Assembly: GCF_902459465.1 (NCBI RefSeq)
Contig: NC_047062.1
Location: 23,994,001-24,058,000 of the forward strand
Length of the DNA: 64,000 bases
DNA from: Asterias rubens
Taxonomy: Eukaryota
Direction of reading: 5' to 3'
The position numbers and the translations under genes are program-made. The notes under the pieces are model-generated. The model saw nothing but the letters and a program-made list of their open reading frames with translations. It did no database searches and was not told where the DNA came from. Shown piece by piece: positions 35,603 to 48,500 of this stretch (position 1 is its first letter; every line of letters begins with the position of its first letter).

Positions 35603-38362
35603 ATGCTAGAGGGCGCACTTCCGATACCCGTTGACATGTGGCTGATCATCGTAGCCTCTGCAGCAGTCGTTGCCGCTGTCCTGGTGCTGGTAATCATCGA
35701 ATATACCCACATTGATATCAGAGGGAAATATGTCTGCATCACGGGATGCGACACTGGGTTTGGGAATCTCCTCGCACGTAGTCTGGACAAACACAGAGGC
35801 TGTCACGTGATTGCAGCCTGTCTGACAGAGGAAGGCATGACGAAACTGAAGAGTGTGACGTCATCGAGGCTCACCGCAATACAACTCAATGTCAAGAGCA
35901 GCGAGAGTATCCGAAGAGCACGTGATCAAATACAAGATATTATACCGACTGGTGAAGGTACGAGGTTCACATGAGGTCAATGGCATAATTAAAAGTGAGG
36001 TACACCTTAAAAAAACAAAATCGACATTGGTATACCATTTTATGGTTAACTCATCACAATATTTCGAACAGATGAATATTACAAGTTATCCTTGTTAATC
36101 GGATCGATTGGTACTAAATGAGGTCAGCCACTAATTCATAACAATAGCACCAAAACAATGAGGCTCACCGCCTAATGTATCAAGTGAGGTCAAACACCTC
36201 ACTGCAATAATACGTGAGGCTCATCATGACCTCTCACACTGCATTGTTGAATAAGGGTCAGCTCATCACACACTGCTCACAATTTAAGTGAGGTCGTTTA
36301 ACTGAACTACTGAAAACAAATCAACTTAACATTTTGCAGTTGTCTATGTATGAGTAAATCAAGGTTCATATTGTACACAGTTTTAGCTAATCAAACAAAA
36401 TTCGGCAAATTGTTAATCATTATGACAACTGATCATACGGTTTCAGGGTTATGTGGTTTAGTCAACAACGCTGGAATTATCTGCCCTATGGGACCCTTCC
36501 ATTGGTTGACCAGAGATGATCTCACAAATGTACTCAACGTGAATCTTCTGGGAGCCATTGAGATGACCAACATGCTTTATCCACTACTACGGACAGCCAA
36601 GGGGAGAGTGGTCAACGTGTCCAGTGCAGTCGCCCTCTTCCCAACTGCGGGGACAATCTATTCCGTGTCGAAAGCTGGAATTGAGGCCTTCTCGGACAAT
36701 ATAAGGTTAGACTCAACCTTTACCGTTATACTATTTAAACGTAAACAATTATATCACTGGATGTGGAAAGTTACAATAATTTTCATCTTAGTTCAAGTAA
36801 CATGTATGGTTGAACTTGTCATCGGTTGATCACTGGTCATTGACCGAAACAGTTGGTTTAAAGCCCAGAAAACGTACCCCATGGTGGCACGTGGTAGTTG
36901 GGTGCCTTTTTCTTCCAATGGGTGCGTTCGTTTAGCTGCACAAACACGCCACACACCGGGGTCGACCCAGGGAAGCTAAACGAACGCACCCAGTGCAGTC
37001 TAGTTTAGCGCCTTGAGCGCAAATACGGTGGAGTGTTGTTTGTTTAGTTTTGTTTTATACCAAAAACGGCTTATTGCAAGTTAATAATAATAATATTGAC
37101 TTATGCGTACATCTCATACAAGATCAACAATAGACCTGTATACAGATACATTTATTTAAGGTGTCGATTATTCGAAGAATGTTTGGGATCGGTTACAGTT
37201 ATACACTTCCAAAACATTAAAAAAACATCAAGGCCTAAAAAAATTCATCAGTGTAAAAAAATTACTTCAAGAATGATTTTTCTTTTTCTAGGTGTTCAAT
37301 GAAGGCATCGGGCGTATCAGTACATATCATCGAACCCGGTGCATTCAAGGGTAATTTTTCTGATGTTGATGCAATGAAGAGGAGGATGGATACAGTGTGG
37401 GAGAGACTCCCTCAAGCAGAGAAAGATGATATCGGTGGTGACATTACACTTGAAGCTAGTAAGTACACCACCCAAATCTCATCAAACTCATAATAAGACA
37501 AACAAAATAAAAAATACCTTACCCCTAAGGTAAGGTAAAGTCACATACATTTGTAAATGCATTTGTTTACAAGAATTGGCGCTTGTAAAGATAATATACA
37601 TTCACCAACAGCTAGGCCGGAGATGCCGTCCCCCCAAAACGCGCATCCCTACTAATTACACTTGGGAGGGTTTTTCTGACCGCCATTTTTGTTTTTAGAA
37701 GTGCCTTTTACTCACTGCGGGATGGGGGTGAGGGCAGCCTCGCTACCATGGGCAGCGCGCCGTATCGATACTTCTCGCCACCTCTCGTCACTATGATCGT
37801 TGTGATCGAGCAAGGCATGCTTAGAAAAATGGCGCGGCGAGATCGATCACCCCTGGGAACGAGGTTTGGGTGAGGGGGCTGATGTTGGTGTGGCGCGGAC
37901 GCGTTTGTGCACAAGTTTATGGCGTTTGCAAACCAAAAGTGTTTGTTAAACCAGAGACGTAATCCTATCTCCATGGTTATACCTGGGTGATAATTGTGCA
38001 TTGTTATTGGTTGAGATCCAAGGCATATGAGCATATTGACGCATGCCTGAATATAATTACCATATTTTAGGGAAAGGCTAATTTTTTCCGTTTTCTTTTC
38101 AGTGAAACTTCTCATTTCCGACGCCTTACGCATGTCGTCACCACACTTGACTACAGTAACTAACGCCATGGAACACGCCCTTAGTGCTCGGTTTCCATGG
38201 AGACGCTATCTGCCCGGATTAGACGCAAAGTTCTTCTACAAGCCAATATCTTTACTTCCTGCCTTCATAGCAGACAACGTCTATAATTTAATGTTTACAA
38301 GAATGATAGACAATAAGAAGAAACTTGTAATGAAAGAACGCAAGAAACACAAAACAACGTGA
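35603..38362 (+). CDS. SDR9C-family short-chain dehydrogenase (retinol dehydrogenase / 17-beta-HSD6-like), 346 aa; exons 35603-35957, 36447-36705, 37292-37458, 38103-38362
   Basis: Motifs TGCDTGFG, NNAG, catalytic S (VSSA), YSVSK and IEPG. All introns are GT..AG with compatible phases 1/2/1; the total is 1041 nt. An alternative start is ATG 35636 (MWL...). Confidence 0.92.
36920..36991. mobile_element. Small MITE with GGG..CCC termini (PIF/Harbinger-like) in SDR intron 2
   Basis: gggtgcgttcgtttagct / agctaaacgaacgcaccc perfect TIR. Confidence 0.75.
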
Positions 38363-39536
38363 TTTTGTTACGATTGCTGACTGTAATCAGCTAATTAGAT
38401 TACAGTTACGATTGCTGACTGTACAGACCTCTATTACTGTGACTGTGTGGTCATCTTGATTTTACTCGATTCCAACTCATAGTAACCAAACTGAGGCTAG
38501 ACGAAATGATAGTCTGGTGCCACGCGCAATGAATGTAAGCATTCATTGCTGTTATTGGAAACAGGGAACATGACCAAGATGGTGACAGCATGATAAAGGT
38601 ATATACAAAACCATTACCGGGTCCATCGATGCCATTATAGTCCTTCTTCCTTTATTCTAAATTGATTTTTGATTTAATAATCTTGAAGCCTTCAGCATCC
38701 ATTCAATCAAACAAACTTGTCCAGGCTATATGCTATACTTCCAGACAGAAACACCTGATGTTGTACCCAATGGAGAAGACAGATTTTTTCAGAATGCTCA
38801 GCAGAATGTTCAGTCACATGATTTGATTATCGTGAATTGTGAATTGAAATAGTGTTTGATGAAACTTTCGGTGGGCAACTTTTTTTTATATGGCCTCAAC
38901 ATTATGACATATTTTTGTACATTGTAGAATTGCCTCAAATACCAAACTTTTTGCAATTACAAGTGCAAATAATCAGTGGAGCCTTACGTGTTTCTAAGTT
39001 TTGATCAAGGGAGAGGAGGCTCTTTGCTTGGCAAATAAAACCAAAATGTTTGTATCTAGGGACTGTTTACATTGCGCACAGAGAGGTAAAAGATTTGCCA
39101 CGATTTTAGGGACACCTTGAAAACAGGACCTCCTACGATAATCTTAATTCTTAATTCTTAATCTTAATTCTTAAATCATTTCCAATTTAGCACGAACACA
39201 ATGAGTAATGACGTCATACAAACAATCACTTGATGCAAGCGAGCAATTTAAGAAGAAGCGTTGCCATGGCGTCACCAGTAATTAACCCCCTTCACACATA
39301 ATTGGATGGACTAAACACAAAGAGTGCCCATCGGTAGGTTCTTACGGTTTCAAGGCAGAGTGTACCCTTTGATTTTGGAACCGTTCGATTGTAAATAATG
39401 TTATGTGTAGATATGCCTAATAAAAACTAACATCTGAACATTTTCAGTTTAACAGGTGATCGCGTTTTTGAAAATCCGGAGCGAATAATGTCCACACAAA
39501 AAAAACCTCCCTTATAGGAAACTACACAATCTGAAA

Positions 39537-40980
39537 AGCGTTACGCGGTTACAACCCTAAATTTGTATTAATTGGCAATCCCTCCCCGTCCAAGTTCGAA
39601 GTCCACTTGTAACAGGAGTTCGGTCTGGAAAACATTGAGCGAGGAATAGAAAAACAAGTCACCATAAAACTACTGTCTTTTCCCTTTTGTCCACATTACC
39701 AGTAATATGGGAAGGGGGGGGGGGCAATATAAGAACAAAGTCTTGGTTAGCGTCAAATGTGAACAGTTGCTATGGTAATCGCCGGTTGCTACACAAAGAC
39801 CGAATAACACTTCGACAAAGGGATCTTCTATTTTTGGTTGGGAAAATGGACGAACCCAAAGGCAAATCAACTTCAAGTACCTCGTAAAACGCACTACTGT
39901 CATTCGTGGTGACTCGTGTTCAATGAAAGTAGTCTTGAAAATCATACCAACAATATCAACAAAATCAATTTTCACAACGCTCCTATCTTTGAAGATGACA
40001 TTGCTTGGAATGATGGGGCTTCTTGGGTCACTGATTCTAGTATTGTCCGAGAATTGCTCCCCCACCGCCGGATGTTGCCCCCCTATGTGGCAACCATGGG
40101 GTAACTCGTGTTATCGTCTCACCCCTGAAGGAGCACCATGGAAGTCATCCCGATCAACCTGTTGGGATATGGGAGGCAAGATGCTCGCCCCACGCTCGAT
40201 CCAAGAAAATGATCTCCTTGTACGCATGAGACCAAATCAGCCTGATTATCGCGGAAAGTATGGCACTTGAGAGGGTGCCGTTTCTCACAATGTTTTATAC
40301 CATCAATCTCTCCCTATTACTTGTCACAAAGAAAGGTTTTATGCTAACAACTATTTTGAGTAATTACCAATAGTGTCCACTGCCTTTAAGCTGATAACAT
40401 CGTCTACTTGTTTTAGAAAACAGCAAATGTCAAGATCACACGAAAATCAAATCCATCCACGTTTAGCGATGTGGCGGCGAGTACACAACGTGTCTATGAC
40501 CGTATCATTCGCGAACGGACATCAGCCTACGAATATCTCAGAAACGATTCATGCATGAACCGTTTCTCATAATTCAAATGTTTTTGGGTAAACATTTTCA
40601 AAACAATTTTACTTAAAAGAGAACCAACACTCAATAATTATACTACACAATACGTCAATGATTATACACCGCTAAAATTGAGGTCGAAGATGGATAATTT
40701 AGAATAATAACCACACATGCTTTAACTGGCTGATAGTTCTGAAACATGAACTATAATTGCTTGATATTAAGAAAATGCATCGGCGGGCGTTTTTTTTTTC
40801 TTCGTTAGACTGAGTCTGTCACAGTGATGGATTGACTGTGTTTTCCCTGCTATGGGTTGTGTTTTGAGAAAAGAGAAAGCAATTTGCTGACAGTTAACCG
40901 AAACAATGGTGGCATATACATGTACACCGCTACACAAAAACAGGAAGCACACATGACACATCAATGCGATCAATAGGGAG
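39537..40980 (+). repeat. Segmental duplicate of ~20583-26055 with an internal ~4-kb deletion
   Basis: 39537-40256 matches 20583-21325, and 40252-~40980 matches 25355-~26055. Confidence 0.93.
39923..40270 (+). pseudogene. Truncated third lectin copy (leader plus first half of CTLD) fused to a MITE A fragment
   Basis: Near-identical to lectin 1 up to QPDYRG, then reads KYGT* from MITE sequence; it lacks EPN and the PAN domain. Confidence 0.9.
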
Positions 40981-41148
40981 ACGCACAAAAAAGGATGGAG
41001 GGTAGGGACTGGTTCGACCGCAAAGAAGATGGATACACCAAGTACAGTATCAAAGTTTGGAAGAGGGAGAAGGTAATTAATTAGTGAATGAGGCAGGCTA
41101 AAAGGAAGGGTATCTGTATGGGGAAAAGGAGAAGGCAAAGACAAGGGG

Positions 41149-41576
41149 TTATTAGTCATTTCGTTCTTGGATGTTCTGACACTGGGGTTGAATGGTTTGA
41201 AGGCGCCTTATCCACAGTTTCTCCCTACTCAAACGACTGTCTCTCTAAAACGACTGTCTCTCTAAAACAAAAAATGTATCTTGCATAGATACTTCTAAGA
41301 TGCATTGGAGATAGCCTTTTTTATTTGGATTCTCTGAAATCTTTAACATAACCACTGACGCCACTGTACGCCATTATTAGTCATTTCGTTCTTGGATGTT
41401 CTGACAATAGGGTTGAATGGTCTGAAGGCGCCTTATCCACAGTTTCTCCCTACTCAAACGAACAGTCTCTCTAAAAAATTAATGTATCTTGCATAGATAC
41501 TTCTCAGATGCATTGGAGATTACCTTTTTATTTGGATTCTCTGAAATCTTTAACATAACCACTGACGCCATTGTAC
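41149..41576 (-). mobile_element. Two tandem copies (~225 and ~203 bp) resembling a Penelope-like element 3' end
   Basis: The minus strand of both copies reads RLSREKLWIRRLQTIQPxCQNIQERND*, similar to the RExxWIxxLxTxxPxGLN tail of PLE GIY-YIG endonucleases. Confidence 0.55.
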
Positions 41577-42500
41577 AGCAAGCCCCATGAGAAACAAATT
41601 CAGGCTTTAACGAAAATTAAAGCAATCTTCTCAGATGGGAAAGAGTAACAAACTGCCAACAGAAATAAACCCTTTTCAGATATAAATCGACGTAAAATAT
41701 CGTCACATGTGTTGGGTCGTAAGGGAGGGGAGGCGGGCATCTCAAAAAGCCTTCTGGAGTTCTATCTAAAGGAAATCTTGAATCGATCATATATATCTAC
41801 CTTAACCCTTTACCCAAAAAAACGTTGCATGTCTGAGGAAGAAACATTACACCCCATCAGTCAAGACAAAGAAATGTGTTCAAGAAATATAGAACATCTG
41901 CTGCTAAAACAATGCAGCCAACTCAACCTACATTCTTACACCTGTAACTGCATTGATTGGTAGTAATGAATTTGAAAGTCAGATATACCGTATGTCTGGA
42001 AATATGAAGGGGTTTAAATGTCAGGGGTTTTATTCTTTACTTATGGGAAGGCGAGAAACATTCCAGAACATTACACTTTACAATACAACGACCCACGATA
42101 AATACTTCTCTCATATCAATTGGATGACTCGCTTGGCAACGGGCCTATCCGCATCATATCATACGGACAGAATTCTAGCATTACGACACACCAACACAAA
42201 TCTATCAGACTGTCATAAACAGATAAACTTGAAGAATGTTATCATTTCGCCTCAACTGCGCGGGATAACTTGACGAGAAAAGCAAACACTGCTGGTTGTC
42301 TGACTTGGTGGAGACTTTGGGTGTACAGTCTGGTTGTAAAAGGGCCTACTAGCTGACCCAACCCCACTGTATTTCAATAACAATGTCATGCCGATTGCAC
42401 AGTGAGTGCTAAACGATCTTACCAGTTATCAACTCGGCTAGTCTTGACGACAGTTTTATATTAGTCATCTTTGGAGTACGGAGGGATTTTTTTCTTTAAG

Positions 42501-45500
42501 ATGATGGAAGTGATGCAGCCATCAACTCCTGAGATTTACATTGAGCAGGAGGATAATAAAGGAGATGGCGGCCATCGTATGGAGGTAGATGAAGGCGAAT
42601 ATGAAGAAGTTGGCAGAGCTTTAATCAGGTAATCATAGAATATTATTGTTAATATTGTTAATTTTTGTTTATTCAATTTCTATTCTATTGAAACTCACAT
42701 TTATTTTCAAACTTCATTATTTTTTTAAAAATAATATTGAATAACAAAACAAAAAGTCAAAAAAAAAAATAAGGGGCCTATCCACAAATCCAGATGGTCT
42801 CAAGGCATCCTCTAGAACCGAAGCTTGTGGTTAGATGCCTGATGTACATTCAAACAGACAAGAAACAATACGGGCAGATAGGTTGAACAAAGACAGATTA
42901 ATAATGTAAAACAAGTATGAACTATTTAATTCCGAAACTTACTTAATGTATTTATGAACTGAGGGGCAACATATTCAGAACTTTTAAAGTTTGGATTGAT
43001 ATTTCGTACATAAAAACGTCAATATTCCACTCGACGGTTAACAATCAATGTTAATCAAGTTGTGAAATGTTATGATAACGTGTAAGAAGAAGTAAACATT
43101 TGAAACATCTGGACAAGTCAATTCAATGTTGTTTGAATATTTAACAGATAAGCGTTTGAAAAGTACATTCTCAACTTACATTTCCCCCAATGAAAGTGTG
43201 TTACCTTCACTAAATGAATTAAATACTTTTAGACTGACTGGTTTCTGTAATAAATATCAAGAAACCCTTTTATAGGACTGGATACAACAACTTATTAATG
43301 TTACTCATCTCTTTTATTTAAGGTACAAATGCATTTATTTGAAGAAGAAAAACAAATTGGCGTTAATGGTCGGTGTCTACTGTGTAGAAAAATTACTATT
43401 AAAAATGACAATAGCGTTGCCATGACAATAACAATGAATGGGACAAGAAGGGAGTTCATTAACTGACAAGGAAGGTGTCGTTAAATGAAGGTTGGGGCAA
43501 TGTTTATGAACTAATTGGTAGCTATAAACCATTTTGCTTTAGTTTCGTTTATTTAGGTCATTATTTCATTTACACATGAAGCCATTTCTACAGTTGGTAT
43601 ATGAAATCGAACATTATAAATAAACACTGTGAAATGCCTTGAATGAATTCCAAGACGTTAAGACGCGTATCACTGGTTAGTTATTACAACAATGTGACGA
43701 ATGCGCAGAGAGCGATAGAACAACCCTGTGTGCTCTGCTGCTATGGGCCGTGCACCCTGCACGAGTAATGCCATAACTGGCACAGCCGTAGGGGATCACA
43801 TTCCCACATTAATATTATCATCGTCAACGGCTTGGTATCTCTAAGTTAAGTTGGTATTACGGATTGCATAAATAAAACAATAAGACTTTTTTTTTCTGTC
43901 AGTAAGATAATAAGTGGCAATCGACAACAAGGTATGCATATTAATGAGGGCATTAATTGAATTGGTAAAATATTGCCATTGGTATATATAGGCCTATAGG
44001 TATACACTCATAAGGTATTCGAAACCATGCCATAGAGCTATATAATAAGCTTTTATATAGCTCTATGAACCATGCACATGACCCTTAAAAATAAAGCAGT
44101 CGAATGCTGGTCTCCCTATCAACACGTACGCACATTCCCTACGAGTACTAATGTTGTCTACATTAACTGTTGCCCTGGTATCCCCTAATTCTTAAAATTA
44201 TAACTCACTCTGTGATCTGAATGGTTAACGATGTCAGAATGTTTTATTAATTGTTCTTATTGAGAGGGGGGCGGCACGGGCGGGCGGGTGTTCTTGGGGG
44301 GGGGGGGGGCTTCTGCCCAAACCCTTCTGGTTACGCCACTAGGTAGGACAATTCATCTTCAACTCAAAGTGCATTAATGTTCAGACTGATCCCGGGCTGT
44401 CATGCAAAGATGTCGTTCAGATTAATGCCAGCCCCATAGACATTTGCTATTAGCAATGACCAACGTAGTCAACTAGGTAGTATCACTCAAATGCAACAGC
44501 TGCGATTTATTATTACAATTCGTGACTATGGAAATGTTCTATCTGATAGTCTTATGTTCACATAAGACATTAACTTGTCGCAGAATGATTGTTTCACCGA
44601 AACCCCGCGCCGTCCACTTTTAATTTCTTTAAATAGTTATGACTGTGATGTGGCCGTGGACAAGTGCCGAGCAAAACATAATATGACTGACTGGCATTAT
44701 GAAAGTATTGCCAAGGTACGCCGAGAATAATGTTCATCTAGAAAAAATGGTAGGAGGGACGGGTGGGGACAATGGGGAAACTAGGCTGATTCTCTGTCTT
44801 ATAAATCCGCAAAAATAAAAACAGGCCCTAATATCATTGGCAACAATTATCTCATTTGATAAAATGTTCTGTGACGTAAGCTTTCAATCATTATAGCTGT
44901 GTTCATGGTCAAGGTATTGCACTTTCGATCGTCTGCATGCAACGTATGCACAATGTTGTGTACATCATTGATGTGTTTAAACTGCGACTCTCCCGTGTGA
45001 AATGTATACAAGGTCAAAGGTACATTTGGCAACATCCGGTAAAACTGGTATCTGGCATTATTCGTGAACCTCGAGGTGTGACGTCGGATGCTCAGTAGGC
45101 TATAGGGGCAGTAATGAGGAGAGGGGAAGTGTCAAGGTCGTCAATTCGAAATGAATAAGTTTCTGTTTTCCTTCCTAAAAGGGGCACCTTTAAAACACAA
45201 ACACTCAGTTTAAAACACATCAGACTCCAGTATCCGAACTTCACACTTCCAAAGAGTGTACGAGACTTTGAAGTACGAGACTTTGAAGCAATTAGCGTTC
45301 TCATCGCTCATACTGTGCTCGTAAGCAGCCCCAAAGAATCATTGGTACATGTCTTTAATCATTCACCACCGGGGATGTAAAGTGAACTTGAGTAACTGTC
45401 CACAACCTCCGCTGACCCCTTATAGTACCTCAATAAAAACAGCAGCCAATTACATGACATCAAAGGTGAGTGCTTTAATCAAACTGGCCGGACGAACCCC

Positions 45501-48500
45501 TCTGGAATCTGTTTAACATCTCAAGAAAGCCCACATGTAAAGTGTTTTTATCGGAGGGAGGGTGAGGCTGATCTTACAGACGCATGAAGACAGTTTGATT
45601 ATTTTAGTAAGATCCAAGGCAGGCAGCATTAGTATCAGACTGTACATGAACAGCATGATACGGATAGCCAAGGCGTCTTATTGGTGGGGTTTTACATCCT
45701 TATGACGCCTGAGGCAGTCTTGAGACGTATGGATTCAAGAGTGCTGGAAGTTTAGCTGTTAAGACCAAAGTAGTCACTATGTGAAATTTCTTTTTGGAGT
45801 TGCTGGTATAATTTGAATAAAAACGGAGAAAGTTTTTTGAGAAGAAGATGGCCAGTAATGCTTTGGGTCGTCGGTTTACCATGGATTTTAATTATTTGGA
45901 TATGGTGTGGCCGACTGGAACGAAGATAACAGTACGGGCTGGTGATTGTCAGCCTGTCACTGTGCTGAATTCACAATCTCGACTCTTGGCTCATGAAAAG
46001 AGAGACAAAATTGGGTGAGTTCAGTGTAAGCTTCTATGCAAAATTCGGAGATGAGTTTCATCTTCATCCGCCTTTATAATTATTCTGGAGGCCTCGTTTT
46101 TTTTGCAGTCGAAATTGTATTCAAACATTCGGTTCATTATATGGTCAAAAATAACTCATCAATATTGACAAAGATGTCAATTTGTGTAACACTATAGTCC
46201 GCATAATGGGCAGCAGACGGTCCCCATTTTCAATTTCTCAAAAAAATTAGTCATGATCTTTCGCATTGAGTGATGACATTCGAAGCAGACAAAAATTTTC
46301 TTCATGCCTCATGTTTGAAGTACACAGTGTTGTTCCGTTGTTTCTTTAAAGTGTTATAAACTATACGGACAGTATTCAAACTAATTCCACAGCCGTAAAC
46401 GTCCAGATGGTCCAGGCGGGGCTTCACAATGCACCAAAAGAAGGGAGTGGAAGGAAAGATACGGTGGCAACATAAAGAGTGCACCAAGCCTCACCATCTC
46501 TATCTTGTGCGGATATTATGGCATATTATTACCACAGTGCCAGCACGGCCACCAGATGCTTTACACAAGGACGCGTTATAAGAAACCCGCTCAGGAATCT
46601 CCCAAGAGTTAACGATGAAACCCCGAGTGTTTTCTCTTCATCTAATGATGTCAATGACCTCAGGGGTTTGCCCTCATTATAACAGACGGGATGTTCTGCA
46701 AATATCACATGAGTGTTAACGGACAAGTCACTGGCCTAATTCCCAATGGTTCATGTTATCATGTCAGACGAAGGCAGACAATAATTACTCATTCAAGTGA
46801 TGAACACGATATTGCACAAGACATCAACGAGATGATGTGTTGATATTGAGCTCCTGGTATCATTTGAAGACTTTGGTTTGCAGAGAAACGGATGCAAAAC
46901 GATTATTTCAATCCAAACAGTAATAACGAAGAAAAAGAAGTTAATAGTACAACAAGTTGCTCAACTCGAAATGAAACAGTGGTACGACATAAATTCTTTG
47001 AATAACTTTAATACATCTTGTGGCCTCGACAATCTACCTGGATGGTTGCAGGCTTGACCACAGTTGCTTCTCTGAACACATGTGTATAAAATGGAAAATA
47101 CCAGGGGAGCAGAACAAAAATTTTGAAAGAAATGTTTTGGTTCTGTTGACCAGGGGTAATAAAGGGTTATACAGCGCCCTCATGGGATGGGTGGTATAAA
47201 AGTACTTAATACCCGATGTTAAAAACTATCATTCTATGATTTCTTTCAGTGGTTTGAACCCCGTGGATTCGGTGATCTTAACGGCTGACAGAGGCTACCT
47301 TCTATGGACCAATCCAAGAGGATCCATTGAGGTCAAATTCAAATACGGTCGCTCGGGGGAAGATTTCAAGTAAGAGCACAATGGGGCACACTATACGAAT
47401 ATCGGTTAATTACAAACTAGGCCACAGTTGTTTTATGTTCAATATTTTGTTGATAGGCTAGTTGTAACTATGAGGCGATAATCCGCACATCTCTTTCATC
47501 TTAAACTTAAAGAACATTTCACGGTAGGCCCTATGTGCATGCATACAGGCCTACGACTGACAACTATTGTGGTAATTGGAATATATCTATAACTTTAAAT
47601 TATTCAAAGAAATATTTTACTATTTTTATAACAAATATTTGTTCTATTCTGATGCAAGTGATGTCCGTGAGAGTTTAAACACGACTGTGCCATCTATTAG
47701 TTCTAATAGGTATGCAGTGGTGGTCTACAGACCACCTATTGTGGACGCGTCTTGAGCTATGCCATCCTACTGCTTAGGAATATGTATTGACTGCGAATAA
47801 TATTATGAGGTTATTACAGGACAAGCTCAATTTATAAACTTGACATTGCAAAACTTCACAGATACACAGCGTCAAGAATTTGCATGGAAAGAAGTTTTTT
47901 TCATAAGTGGAAAAAGGGGTTAAGTGCATGCATGGATGGGAAATTTTTGGGACGCTTGGTGGCAGCAGACTTTCCAGGTAAAATCCATTGTTTTGGTAAT
48001 GTACGCATGCTCAGAACTACGTAAACAATGGAAATTTACCTGGTAAGTCTGCTGCCACCTAGCGGTCCAAAGTCTCCCATTGGTTACTTGATGTTTAAAA
48101 CTCGTGTCTATATTCTATAGCACCTGTAACACGACAGGTTTCCGGTTTTAGGTAGTTTGTAGTATAACTGCTAATATTTAGCACACATAAAGGAATACAA
48201 TCACGAGGCACTATTCTTCTCAACTTTCCTCATCATATCAGCCTCGTCAAGGGAAATTTCATAAATTCAGGTGATCCCATTTAATGAAAAACAATTACGG
48301 GAAAAAATTGTCATATTTTGTAAGGGATTTCTTACACGTTAGGACCATGTCCCACGAGGCAATTTACAGGCAACCGGTTCCAGGCAATCTCCAAGAAGAA
48401 GAAGCATTCTCATATGATTTTTCACATAGCTTTCTTGGGGATGGTAAGACACCGTTTGTAAAATCACTCATGTGCTATTAAAGTAATCCCGTATACGCAC

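Noticed and set aside
37708-38169. 153-aa antisense ORF overlapping SDR intron 3 and exon 4
   Set aside because: Partly the antisense shadow of a real exon and partly GC-rich intronic repeat; no domain.
45092-45882. Coding-looking region in intron 1 of the unrecognised gene
   Set aside because: No frame stays open and I could not match it to a family. It may be a decayed retroelement; needs tBLASTx.
46302-46726. Faint resemblance to GPCR TM6-TM7 (KTLG...RP...LW..YA) on the minus strand
   Set aside because: Helix motifs (CWxP, NPxxY) are absent and stops interrupt the frame; likely coincidence.
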